Below are positions 10,125 to 20,763 of a stretch of DNA of 64,000 bases, piece after piece. Made by a program: the position numbers and the translations under genes. The DNA lies in NCBI GenBank assembly GCA_946965045.2, contig OX337229.1:2666001-2730000 (forward strand). Direction: 5' to 3'. The number at the start of each line of letters is the position of its first letter. Position 1 is the first letter of the stretch. The notes under the pieces were generated by a model. It was not told where the DNA came from. It saw only the letters and a program-made list of their open reading frames with translations, and did no database searches. This DNA is from Epithemia pelagica. Lineage: Eukaryota > Protista > Bacillariophyta.

Positions 10125-10849
10125 AGGCAAAGCATGTACACAGCATGTTTCCCTGGTTCCGTTGATTTCTTTTGTCTTTCATCTTTTTGTTTGGAAAGCT
10201 GTCGCTACGACAATGTTTCTTTCATTTTTGGAGAGCAACTAGATATCTACATCCTGTAGAGAATAAACAAGGTATCTAATTCAACAATGAGTCGTTCCGC
10301 ACTAACAAAACAGGGCTGCATCTGCTCTTGTATTATCGCTGCAGGCTGTCCTCTTTCGAACACAACCGGTTCCAGCTCTCGTTTCCAAAAACATTCCGAG
10401 TGGAACACGGCATGACAGATTCCTTTGTGAAAAGGACGCCGGAACGGACAACGGATGTGTATGCTGTTCATCATTTAGCATTTTGATTTGACCAATCCGT
10501 TTCCACGATTTTTCGCGCACCACAGAACTTTCCCTGCTCATGGTGCAGCATTCAGCACGATGCTCTTGTTTATCTCCGTGGTCGTAAAGGTTGGTTCGCA
10601 CCTACTCGTGGTATTATTCGTTATTTTTTTTTATTTAAGCCTCGGTAGCGCATGCGCGCTGTTTCGTGTGATGGGCAATTGTCTTTGCAGATATCTTGAT
10701 AGATGGATCTCTTGAATGACACGAGCTTTTGGGGGATGCAACGTACGAGCACCGTCATCAAATTCAATAGCTTAATGGGTAGGGCAATACAATATTCTTA
10801 GTTCTGAGACTGCTCGTTGGGATTGATAAGAATTGATACGAATTACTCG

Positions 10850-10892
10850 TACGAGTACGAGTAAGAACTATAGTATTGTACTCGTACTCGTA
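10850..10892. repeat. Perfect 14-bp inverted repeat TACGAGTACGAGTA / TACTCGTACTCGTA with 15-nt spacer
   Basis: Arms at 10850-10863 and 10879-10892 are exact reverse complements; additional ACTCGT units flank them. Confidence 0.85.
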
Positions 10893-11135
10893 GCCTTTAG
10901 CCTTACCAACTACCAACACTCGTACTCGTTCTGGGAATAATCGGTCTCATTTTTCATCCGCTTCAACCCTTCTCGAGCACCACCACGGTTTTGGGAGTAG
11001 GATGACGTGTGATTTCGCAACCCTGCCACGATGATGCGGTTCGAAACCGTAGCTTATCGACAAGCTGCAAACTAGATACCGTAGAGTTGGTTTCTTCATT
11101 TGCGCTCCTGCGTTTAGCGTTCCTCATATCACATT

Positions 11136-11729
11136 GTGTCGAACAAAGATGCAGCCTTACAGCATCAATATGCCAGTGGTCGGGATGTCTGGTATGCTGT
11201 ACCTAACGGTGATGACTCGCCACTCAAGATCCAAACTCGGCCCAAGATTCCAGAAGCTGCTGGTGCGCTGACTGTAGGGACACAAAAGACCCAATCACCT
11301 GAATGGCCGCCGATTGTTCGTCAGTGTAATTTATATGGGCTTACTGCTTACAATCCTCGTGGAACTATCGTCGCCGAGGAACGAAATGTACGTCAACAAG
11401 CAAAAATGAAGGCCGAGATCGTCCACGATTTACTTCCTTCGATCCCTGGATCGCATTGGTGGGATGCTCGGGGTGTTTGGGAAGACGGCAGCTCGGAACC
11501 AGGCTTTATTGTCGCAGTCGAACGAGGCGATCAGGATAACCAGACCAAATTGTGGGAGGCTGAGGGAAAGATTGTAAGACTCGCGGAGCACTATGAACAA
11601 GCTGCAATCTATAAATTTGTGTATGAGCATAATGTTCTCGTACGGTCGACAGTGCCAGTTTTGGACGCAACTACGGAAGCGGACGTACCTATGGAGTTGG
11701 ACGAAATTACCCCCGAGTCAATCTCATAG
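11136..11729 (+). CDS. DUF3293-like protein (5' end uncertain)
   Basis: LTAYNPRG...W.E.GF.V...A..Y.Q.AIY pattern of DUF3293. Confidence 0.7.
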   Translation: MSNKDAALQHQYASGRDVWYAVPNGDDSPLKIQTRPKIPEAAGALTVGTQKTQSPEWPPIVRQCNLYGLTAYNPRGTIVAEERNVRQQAKMKAEIVHDLLPSIPGSHWWDARGVWEDGSSEPGFIVAVERGDQDNQTKLWEAEGKIVRLAEHYEQAAIYKFVYEHNVLVRSTVPVLDATTEADVPMELDEITPESIS

Positions 11730-11781
11730 AGTGGTACGGTTACGAAATCAGTCATCTATAAGCCAAGCCTGTCTGGAGGGT

Positions 11782-13419
11782 TTACTTTAGTGCCTTGAGT
11801 CGTAATTGAACCGGTGCATCTGGGATCATAGTTCCGTCGTAAACAAATGTCACGTCCTCTGCCGTCTTTTTACTCGAGGGAACAAATTCAAACTCAAAGC
11901 TTTGCAGAAGTTTACAGAGAGTCAACAAGGACAAATGATCACCGTAGGCTCGTCCTGGACACGCACGCGAACCGTACCCAAAGGCTCCATAGCCACTACT
12001 GCTGGGCGGAGTAGGGCACGACAGAGTGCCATCTTGTTGGTCTTTTCCTCCTTCGCCTCGAACCAAATAACGTTCAGGATCAAATTCGTGGGGCTTACGA
12101 CCATTGGGACAAGGTACCTTGGAAGACGGCTGATCCTTACTGGTATTGAAGAATCGTGTCATGAGCATGATTTTGGTTCCTGGCTTCAACGTCGTGTCGG
12201 CAAAGGGAACATCCTTTCTCGTTTCAAGCCATAAAAATGGAACGCTATAGTGTCGATGGACTTCGTGCATAAATGATTTGACTCGCGGAAAACGCAACAA
12301 CAAGTCGTCCATGGATATCTTGTCCAAGTCCATGTTTCCTACTTCGTTTCGGAGTGATTCTTGCAGAGCCTGGTCTTTGCTCAAAAGAAACAATCCCGAG
12401 GAGAGAGTTCCACCCGTCGTATCGGTACCGGCCAAAAACAATGTAATCACATTGCCTACCAAGCGATCACGGGTGAGCTTGGTTCCTTCTTTTTTCATGT
12501 TCATGAGCCACTTTTGTAGAAAATTGGATTTGCCAGTAGTTTCGGGAGTGTGTTTGGGATCCATGGCGGCCAAGTTGGCTTGTTCTTCCTCAACGACATT
12601 TTCGATAATTTTGCTGACTCGATCAATGGCGAATCCGACGCCATCCAAGTACTGGCCAATAATTGGCCACCGCCAATACCAAATGGGAGAGAGGGCTCGA
12701 GTCACTCCCATATCAAACATGTGACATAGATCCGAGGAGATTTGAGAGTCTGGTGAATTGATAAAATCAAAGTCTTTTCCAAAGGATACCTTGGCAATGG
12801 TGTCGGAGGCCATGCGAGTCACGTCGGCTGAGACAGTGTGAACGGCCTCACCCTTTTCGTCGCCCTGGTCGGCAATGACTTTGTTCCATTTTTGCACGAG
12901 ACGATTGGTCATTTCTTGCTGAGCACTAAAGTACTCGCGAAGGTTGTTGTGATTGAAGGCCGGTGACACAATTTTGCGCTCCTTCACCCACTCCTGTCCA
13001 ATGGCCGAAAACACACCATTGGCACCAATGCTGCTGGAAGTTTCGCGAAGGACGTCGACTCGTTCAATGGTTCCAGGTTGCCGAGACTTGAGGATCTCTT
13101 GCAATCGATCTTCCCTGCAAATGACGAGAAAGAGTTTACCCGCCAAGTCAACTTCGAAACACCCATCTTCCATTCCATACTGTGCGCTCCATTCTTCCAT
13201 AGTGGTCGGCAAGTTTCGAACCGTTGGAAGGGGAATTTTATGGATATGGCCCAAAATGGGTACCCAACCGGGAGCAAGTTTCCATGTCTTCTTGTTTTCT
13301 GGGCTCCTCAACTGAACCCATAGGAAAACGCCAATGGATCCAGCGACAGCCAGATAGAGGGTATTGTCAGATATGGAGCGTTCGGAAAGGAACGGAAGGG
13401 AATCAATCCAAAAGGTCAT
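11782..13419 (-). CDS. Cytochrome P450
   Basis: N-terminal membrane anchor and proline hinge (PGWVPILGH), I-helix AGTDTT, K-helix EVHR, PERY, heme motif FGYGSRACPG. Confidence 0.97.
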   Translation of the reverse strand: MTFWIDSLPFLSERSISDNTLYLAVAGSIGVFLWVQLRSPENKKTWKLAPGWVPILGHIHKIPLPTVRNLPTTMEEWSAQYGMEDGCFEVDLAGKLFLVICREDRLQEILKSRQPGTIERVDVLRETSSSIGANGVFSAIGQEWVKERKIVSPAFNHNNLREYFSAQQEMTNRLVQKWNKVIADQGDEKGEAVHTVSADVTRMASDTIAKVSFGKDFDFINSPDSQISSDLCHMFDMGVTRALSPIWYWRWPIIGQYLDGVGFAIDRVSKIIENVVEEEQANLAAMDPKHTPETTGKSNFLQKWLMNMKKEGTKLTRDRLVGNVITLFLAGTDTTGGTLSSGLFLLSKDQALQESLRNEVGNMDLDKISMDDLLLRFPRVKSFMHEVHRHYSVPFLWLETRKDVPFADTTLKPGTKIMLMTRFFNTSKDQPSSKVPCPNGRKPHEFDPERYLVRGEGGKDQQDGTLSCPTPPSSSGYGAFGYGSRACPGRAYGDHLSLLTLCKLLQSFEFEFVPSSKKTAEDVTFVYDGTMIPDAPVQLRLKALK

Positions 13420-13820
13420 GGTGCTGGGTCCTCTTCTGTGCAATCTTTCTTTTTATGTTCTATGATCGGAAAGCTGTGTAATTTAGATCGGATTGTGCAT
13501 GGGAGAATCTTCTGTGCAGAAAGAGAGGGAGAAGGTGAGAGGTGACGTGTCCACCAAAAGGCGAGAGGTTTATGATTTTATGCGACCATCGTTCCTTTTG
13601 TGCGACCATTCTTCATTTGTGCGACCGTGGCCACGACGGAAAGACGCACCCCCATTCCGCCCTCATTTTTCATATCGCAGAGTTGGGCAAGATAGACGAT
13701 GATGCGATCCAGCCACGTTTTGCCATCAGCGCAGTTGAACAAAAGGACGCTTGAGTAAGCCGTCGATTGACATACTTGCTCCCCCGTGGCCTTGGTATTC
13801 GTAAGCAGAGGCTCTGCGTC

Positions 13821-15761
13821 ATGCCGCGATACTGCCCAGTGTGTGATGCGGAAGCTACACTGAAATGCTCCAAATGCAAACGAATCTCCTATTGTTCTCC
13901 AGAGCACCAGTGCGAGCACTGGCATGTCCACAAACTCAATTGTTTTGTCCCTGGAGACGAAGATTGGAAAGAAGCAGAACTTCTTTGCACCTTGCTTGAA
14001 AATGGCGTCAACTCACTGCGAGACAACGATAGCGGACAAAGAAGTCGTTCTGGTGCTGGAATTTGTATTCGCCAGATTGAATCCGTTCTCAATAAAGTCA
14101 AGGGCTACCTTGACAAAAATGTTGATGATATCAGGGATTCTGACCGCGGGGTGGGGAGTTCTACGGAACAAGAGAAAGTCAGGACAAAGGCTTTGAAGAA
14201 AAAACGAGTTAAACTATTTTGCTTTGTTGAAAAACAAGGGCTTGAATACCTCGTCCGAGTGATCCAAGAAGGTCCAAAATACAACTATCCGCCGACTCTT
14301 GCGATCCATCTCATGAGCCTGTTTGTGGATAAGACGAACAACGTTACAGAAGCCACATGGGTGGGACAATATTTTGTTCATCATGGAGGTCTTCGGGCGA
14401 CTTTGGCAGCCATGAAGCAATTTCCACAAGACCATGACGTGCAGTGGAACGGTGTTAACTTTATGGGCAAATTGTTGGAGAATCACAGTCGTTTGCGCCC
14501 ATTTGTTGCTACAGAATTGTTGAAATCAGGGGGTGTCGAGGTGCTGGTGGATTATCTCCGATTACTTTATCGAGCGTGTGGGAAAGCACATGTGAATAAC
14601 TCCTTGACCAGCCTTTATGGGATGTTGCATTTCTGCTCGGAGCATTTGTCCCACAACAGCTTTCTGTTCAAGACACGCATGGTCGAATGTGGAGTGCTTC
14701 CAGTGCTGGGGCAAATTTTGTCAATGCTGTGGGTGCAACCACGAACAGTGATAACCTACCATGTGGTTCGTTGTACAGTCGCAAATATTCGCTATCTCGT
14801 TTGTAGCTGTCGGAATTGCTTCGAAACCCAGCATTGCAACTACTGTGGAAAATCACCACCCGAAATGTTTGTTTGTTCCAAGTGTCAAATGGCACGCTAT
14901 TGCAACACTGACTGTCAACAAAAGGACTCGAAGAAGCACAAGAAAGCTTGTCTGTACATGCCAGAAATTCGAGAAAAGACGCAAACTGATGCGCGATGCG
15001 AGGAAATGGAATTAATCCATCGCACCGTGGGTAACATGGAGCAAGACGTAGACCAGCTTTCTTTGGGAGAGTTCCTGAATGTGCAAGTGAAACTCATGAG
15101 AAACAAGGACAGGGAAGAAATTATGGACTCCTTTATTCGTCTTGGAAAGGCCCGGCCTTCTCATCTTACCATCCCGGGCATCAAAGCGTCGTGTTCTGAC
15201 GAACATATCATTCTTAGAAAGCTGGATGAATTTCCGGATGATGCCGATCTCCAGGCTCGGGGACTTACACTGTTGGGATCGCTCATTATGAGGACAAGGC
15301 CGAACGACGCGCTTGAATTTCAAAGGAGCTTTCACCTGGATGCCAAATCCTTTTTTGAAACGGTAACGCGGGCCATGAAAAAACACGAAACCAATGCAAA
15401 AGTACAAGGGAGCGCATGTCACGCTGCAATTTTTCTTGCGTCTTTACTCAAAGCCCAACAAAATTGTGAACTCGAGATGATAGTTGAACGGGGACTCCTG
15501 GTCATTACCGCGATGAACAACCATCCAAAGGACACTTCGGTTCATGATTGTGGTATAGGCACACTGTGGAATATTTTCACGAGCTGTTCCGAAACGGAAA
15601 CATGGTTTGTTGCAGTGGGTTGTTTCGAGTTGTTTGCTCGCACTGTGGACAATTTATGGGGCTTGCTTCAAATTCACAACCAAGCCAACGGATTTTATCG
15701 AAGTGTTACAACAATTGTGGAACGAAAGTGGCCGTTGGATCCAACGATGAATTACGATTGA
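13821..15761 (+). CDS. Protein with two MYND zinc fingers and helical (ARM-like) repeats
   Basis: CPVC...CSKC...YCSPEHQ..HW..HK..C and CNYC...CSKC...YCNTDCQ..D...HK..C; D..VQ..G helical repeats. Confidence 0.88.
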   Translation: MPRYCPVCDAEATLKCSKCKRISYCSPEHQCEHWHVHKLNCFVPGDEDWKEAELLCTLLENGVNSLRDNDSGQRSRSGAGICIRQIESVLNKVKGYLDKNVDDIRDSDRGVGSSTEQEKVRTKALKKKRVKLFCFVEKQGLEYLVRVIQEGPKYNYPPTLAIHLMSLFVDKTNNVTEATWVGQYFVHHGGLRATLAAMKQFPQDHDVQWNGVNFMGKLLENHSRLRPFVATELLKSGGVEVLVDYLRLLYRACGKAHVNNSLTSLYGMLHFCSEHLSHNSFLFKTRMVECGVLPVLGQILSMLWVQPRTVITYHVVRCTVANIRYLVCSCRNCFETQHCNYCGKSPPEMFVCSKCQMARYCNTDCQQKDSKKHKKACLYMPEIREKTQTDARCEEMELIHRTVGNMEQDVDQLSLGEFLNVQVKLMRNKDREEIMDSFIRLGKARPSHLTIPGIKASCSDEHIILRKLDEFPDDADLQARGLTLLGSLIMRTRPNDALEFQRSFHLDAKSFFETVTRAMKKHETNAKVQGSACHAAIFLASLLKAQQNCELEMIVERGLLVITAMNNHPKDTSVHDCGIGTLWNIFTSCSETETWFVAVGCFELFARTVDNLWGLLQIHNQANGFYRSVTTIVERKWPLDPTMNYD

Positions 15762-16081
15762 TCGCTCACAGGTATTTACAATCTGCCTCCTCTGTTGTTA
15801 GTCCTGCTCAAGAAACGTATCTACTGGGCCCTGCATCCCCACGAGAATCGTGGAAGATTTCAAGTGTCATGTTCGAGCAACAAGATCTGGTGATATGACC
15901 TACGCGGACCTACGAAAGTTCGCAAAACGCAATTTGTGAGGGGTGGGACCTTATACTTATGAGGACTGGATCGCGACTGAAAGTGATTTAACGGACACTG
16001 GACAGACAGAGGGAAGAATCTCGAGAATCACCCATCACCCATCGTTCGACACAATGGAATGGCAGATCTGACCACTGACCA

Positions 16082-18160
16082 GTGGTACGGAAGACGTTCG
16101 AGGGTATGCTTGATACGTACCAATTTCCCATCGTGGCTCTAGGCGGTGCACTGTGGATCCTTGGCCTGACATGTAGCATTCCCTTGACTCGAGCATTTCA
16201 TCTAGGAATCGAACAAAGGCGCCAGCGCTACAAGGTTGCTCCTGGCCATCCACAAGAGCACACCTACTTGTGTCCGAAGCAAGCCTTCACCTTGTCACCA
16301 CTTGACAAAAGACCGTTCAAAGGATATCAACTTTCAGCTGTATCGGCAGATACTGCTCCAACAATCGGTGCTCCGCTTCAAATTGTTTCTCCCACGAGCT
16401 CTTTCCCTGATACGACAACAGGCCAAGTTAGCGTTGTTTCGATGAATGTTCTCGCACCCACATATCATGCGCTGGATCAGCCCATTGACCAACGAATGGA
16501 ATGGTCTGATAGGGATCGCCAATCAAGATACCCCCATGCGATCGCCATGGCCAAACGAAAGAATGCTGATATTCTGTGTCTACAAGAAGTGGAAGGAGGT
16601 CAAACAAGCTTGAAGGAACTGCTGGGTTCGCTCCTTCTCCAACCTGAACTCGACGTGGTGGGTGGTCGTTCTGTTCGAGGATACGATGGATACGTGTGGT
16701 CACCTTTGCTTCCAAATAGCTCCAACAGTCAAGATCCGGTGGGTCTTTGTGTCGCTTGGCGATCCGATCGTTATCGATTGGTTTCCTGCGAAACCTTTCG
16801 ACGAGGTATGGTCGTCCAATTGGCTGAATTAGCTACTGGGGCTACGGTCGCTTTGGCGAATTTGCATCTTCCAGCAAAGCCGTCTGCAGTTGAAGGGCGA
16901 TTGCGAACCATGGCTTCTGCTATTCGCCGGTTACAAACATGTGATGCCGTAGTAACTTCGTCCAAGAAGAAAACCAAGACATCTTCAGCGTTGGATGGTT
17001 TGGCTCTCGTGGTAGGAGACTTCAATTGTGATCAAAATGCTCCAGCTGCGAAGCTTCTAAAAACTGGCTACTCGTTGTATGGAACGATACGTGATCGTAA
17101 CTACAAGGCCAAAATATCCAAGAAGGTTGCCGGCAATATGAAACATATTTTTCGATTCAAGGATATCTATGATCAAATACGTTATGATGTTGCTCCAGTA
17201 ACTGTTTCGTTGAACGGTCGAGGACCAGGTTGTATGGATCACATTTTCTACTCGGCCAATGGCGATGATGATGAACAACGGTCAAAAGTTGGTAATTCAA
17301 AAGCAGCGTCATTAATCTCTGCTTCCATGGCGCTCCGTGGGTCTGGCAAGCGGCAAGCGCGAAGGGAACGTGGTATACGACGGAAGACGATTGCATCTAC
17401 GCACCACCCTGAGCGAGAGATGCAGGCACGCGTTCGTTTAGTTTCTGTACTCGCCACAGCTGACGAGACCGACAAGGGTCGCTCAGAAATCATTGAAAAA
17501 GGACTTCCGAATGCGGAAGAAGGCTTCCCTTCCGATCATCTCCCTATCGGTGCGTTATTCGAAAGTTATGCCATCGACACGTCGGAAGATTTGAGAACTG
17601 CAACAGATGCCTCAAATGAAGTTATTGATCGACGTCGTGAGAAAATAAATGAGCGGCGAGGAGCTTATGAAAATTCTCTCCTTACACGTCGTCGCCATAA
17701 CAAGATCTTACGTTGTATGGCTGAGTGGCTCCTTCAGTTTAGTCAGGTTACTGAAATGATTCGCGATGTCCCGCTCTACAAATGGAAATGGATCACCAAC
17801 GATCTAAAATTGAACAAAAAGATGCGAGCACCCGATCTCTGCTGTATTGTGGGTGGTGCGTTTGTGATTGTTGAAGTCACGGTTGTGGCGCAAAACAAGA
17901 ATATGCAACCTATTTACAAAGAAAAGGTTGACAAATATCAGGATGTGTTGGATGCTCTGACATCTTCGAATAAGATGCAGGATTTTGGCATAAATTCCGT
18001 TGCCTCCCATACGACGGCTGTCGTTCTGGACGAAGCGGGAAATATTTATGATCAGTCGAGAAGAGATCTAGAACATCTGTCTCGTTTATGCGATCCTCCA
18101 TCAAATTCCGGTGTGACTTGCGCACGACTTTGTGAAGAATTCCGAGAAGTATTGGCATAG
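16082..18160 (+). CDS. Endonuclease/exonuclease/phosphatase (CCR4/nocturnin/angel-like) with a C-terminal PD-(D/E)xK-like domain
   Basis: SMNVLAP, LCLQEVE, NLHL, GDFN, MDHIFY and PSDHLPI are the EEP catalytic motifs. The C-terminus reads RRHN...APDL...IVEVTV...KVDKY. Confidence 0.88.
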   Translation: MVRKTFEGMLDTYQFPIVALGGALWILGLTCSIPLTRAFHLGIEQRRQRYKVAPGHPQEHTYLCPKQAFTLSPLDKRPFKGYQLSAVSADTAPTIGAPLQIVSPTSSFPDTTTGQVSVVSMNVLAPTYHALDQPIDQRMEWSDRDRQSRYPHAIAMAKRKNADILCLQEVEGGQTSLKELLGSLLLQPELDVVGGRSVRGYDGYVWSPLLPNSSNSQDPVGLCVAWRSDRYRLVSCETFRRGMVVQLAELATGATVALANLHLPAKPSAVEGRLRTMASAIRRLQTCDAVVTSSKKKTKTSSALDGLALVVGDFNCDQNAPAAKLLKTGYSLYGTIRDRNYKAKISKKVAGNMKHIFRFKDIYDQIRYDVAPVTVSLNGRGPGCMDHIFYSANGDDDEQRSKVGNSKAASLISASMALRGSGKRQARRERGIRRKTIASTHHPEREMQARVRLVSVLATADETDKGRSEIIEKGLPNAEEGFPSDHLPIGALFESYAIDTSEDLRTATDASNEVIDRRREKINERRGAYENSLLTRRRHNKILRCMAEWLLQFSQVTEMIRDVPLYKWKWITNDLKLNKKMRAPDLCCIVGGAFVIVEVTVVAQNKNMQPIYKEKVDKYQDVLDALTSSNKMQDFGINSVASHTTAVVLDEAGNIYDQSRRDLEHLSRLCDPPSNSGVTCARLCEEFREVLA

Positions 18161-18794
18161 CGTGTGGGACCATTGAGTGCTCGATGGCGATAGTTGTTGA
18201 AAAGAAGGATAGTAGAAGGTGTCACACTTTTTTGGGTCTATGCTCGAGTTGGCGTTGTCTGCGGTCTAGGTACTCGTCCTCATTCCTCATACTTGTGCTC
18301 AAGTGCAGGGTGTAGGTAGGGGTTCCCAAAATCACCATTCGTGATAACAGCCCCTTCTCCCAATGAATCTGTTGTTTCTTTTGTACTTCTTACTCTACTC
18401 CTAGACGAGTACGAGTATTCGTACGAGTAAATTCATAGAGCGCTATTGTAGGGATTGAAAGTGGTAGGGTCCTATAATGACGATTTCTCACATTTTCGGC
18501 TCCACCCTCCCTGATCCTGCTTGGTTGCAAGATTCATGCCGTGCTGAAAAAGATTCCAGTCCCTGTTTTAGATGTTTTCGCCTTGAACCAGCCCAGAACT
18601 TGAGTGGTTGAAACAATGGCAAATTACGAACCCTGAATCCTGAATGAGACAAGAATTCTGGATCGAGTATCGAGTGCTGCTATCAGCTATCCTTTTTAAC
18701 TGGTGATCTATCTAAGTTTCTCTACAGAATCGTGGTACATCATGGAAAATATTCATGAAATGAGACTCTGCTGCAACGTTCATATCATTCCACC

Positions 18795-20321
18795 TTAACA
18801 CTCATAGTCGTTCGACCCCTGCGGTGGCTTCTTTGCTTCCTTTTTGGCGTTTGCCGACCTCGGGGCAGGATCGACTTGGTTCAGATCGCTCTTTTCAGCT
18901 GCAGCTAGTGAATATAATATCTTGTCATTCAGTTTGCCATCATTCTCGACTCGTTTCGTTGGTGCAGGAGCAGAGCCAAACATGGGAGCTCGTCCAAAGG
19001 GATTCCTTTCGACAAGAGTCTGAACTGGGTTTTCATAGTCTTGTTTCTTTTCCTTCGTGGGGACCGCTTTCTTAGTGGAAGGAGCTCTTCCACCCGTCGT
19101 GCCCTTGTTCCTTTTTTCATCATCCCAATCGTCATCTGTAAACACCGCCGTGTCTTCTCTTGTTAAAGTTTCAAACTTGGAAGGCTTTCCTTGGCCCTCC
19201 TCCAGATCAAATTCCATGTCCTCTAAGTCGAACGCACCACCTTCAACGTGATGACTGTCAGGGAAGAGCATCTCCAGACAAATGTCGATAAGATACATCC
19301 AGTGGGCGGAAAGCATTACATGGGCAGAAACACCGGCTGTCCAATGGAGTGTGTGGATGTGCTGCAAATCCGAGAGAACGTTCCATTCAAAGTAGGCTTC
19401 CAACAACAATACAATATCAGCGTACAACCATGTGTTGACATACCGCAACAACACAAACCAGTGCTGCATCACCAAGACAAGGCAAGGATTGATGGCATGA
19501 CGAGTACCTGGGAGCACCTCAACCAGAACCATGCACAACATAAAGGCAGCTGCGGTGTGGTGAGCAACCGTTCCAACAGCATTGAAAAGGTTGGCAACTC
19601 GGGACACAGTACTTAGTTCGCGATCGAATAGAGCACTGAACCAGTACATGAGGGTTTCGGGGAAACCACATTTCCAGATACACAGAACAATGAAGATCAT
19701 GGCAAGGAAGTTATGGGACACGGCCAAACCCAGAGAGATTGTCCCCATGATAGGGAAGACAAACTGTGCCATTCTCCAGCGGGCTTCATCAGACATGGAC
19801 CAACCATGCTCAGGCAAAAAGAATAACCAAACCTGAAGCTCCAGACCTAGCCCGGCTAGGACGCATGTCATCCACACAATGAAACCCAAATAGACTTTGA
19901 ATTCTTCATCGTCGAGATTAGAGACGGGTGAAGTATCGGTAGTTGCCCAGATGCGAGAGTTCGGATTCAGAGGGATGCTTATAGGCTTGGGGTAAGCTTC
20001 TTGACGTGCTTCCCAGGGCTTTCCATCTTTGGGAACGAAAACGTACTCAACAACCAAAAAGCCCGCACCGTATGTGACAAACAAGGTGAGAAAAATCATT
20101 AATGCAACGATGCCCAACCGACGCTCTTTATTCGTCTCCAAGGCCCAATTGGCCTTTTGCAAGCTTCGGCCCATTTCAGAGTTGTCGCACTGTTGGAAGT
20201 CGCGAGTGGACGAAAGACCCATGGTCTGCATATCTTCAAGCATGGTTCGAGTGGCAATCGAAGAATTTTCACCATCTCCAAAGGCTTCTGTCAAGTTGGG
20301 TGTTTTGGACATCATTGCCAT
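18795..20321 (-). CDS. Multi-pass membrane protein of unknown function
   Basis: 508-aa ORF with about 8-9 hydrophobic segments, intramembrane His motifs (AHHTA, MQHWF, SAHW) and a charged C-terminal tail. Confidence 0.8.
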   Translation of the reverse strand: MAMMSKTPNLTEAFGDGENSSIATRTMLEDMQTMGLSSTRDFQQCDNSEMGRSLQKANWALETNKERRLGIVALMIFLTLFVTYGAGFLVVEYVFVPKDGKPWEARQEAYPKPISIPLNPNSRIWATTDTSPVSNLDDEEFKVYLGFIVWMTCVLAGLGLELQVWLFFLPEHGWSMSDEARWRMAQFVFPIMGTISLGLAVSHNFLAMIFIVLCIWKCGFPETLMYWFSALFDRELSTVSRVANLFNAVGTVAHHTAAAFMLCMVLVEVLPGTRHAINPCLVLVMQHWFVLLRYVNTWLYADIVLLLEAYFEWNVLSDLQHIHTLHWTAGVSAHVMLSAHWMYLIDICLEMLFPDSHHVEGGAFDLEDMEFDLEEGQGKPSKFETLTREDTAVFTDDDWDDEKRNKGTTGGRAPSTKKAVPTKEKKQDYENPVQTLVERNPFGRAPMFGSAPAPTKRVENDGKLNDKILYSLAAAEKSDLNQVDPAPRSANAKKEAKKPPQGSNDYEC

Positions 20322-20763
20322 TGAGTTTCTCGACGAATCGTTATGGTGGTCGGTGGGTGAGCGATTGCTCTTTTGGTTTTCTAGAGTTGTGAGACCAACA
20401 CAAAAACCGAAAATCTGCGTCGTAGTGCGTAGCTTCCGAAAGTGGTTCTCGGAAAGGGTTCTTACTTCTTACGCAATAGGGGGGAGTTCGGGAATCTTCT
20501 GTTCTGGGACTGGGACCCAACTCTACTTCCAATAATAGAGTACAGTTCTTGACTCTTAGTGTAGGACTATTGGGTTCTCCTCTTAGCTAGGTAGGCTACC
20601 TCTAGGTAGGAGAGGTAGTAGAGAGGTCAAACCAAACAATCATGACCGAAAGTACTGAAAGGACAGGTAGCATGCCAGAAAGTCTTGAGGCGCCAATACT
20701 AGGGATGAGACGGCAAGGACTCCCGCGGTACAAGCCATGACAGTGACTTTTGTCCTCGGTTGC

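Noticed and set aside
10247-10601. Possible RING-like fragment (ICHAVFHSEC) on the minus strand
   Set aside because: Cys/His spacing is incomplete and the ORFs are short and discontinuous; not supportable as a gene.
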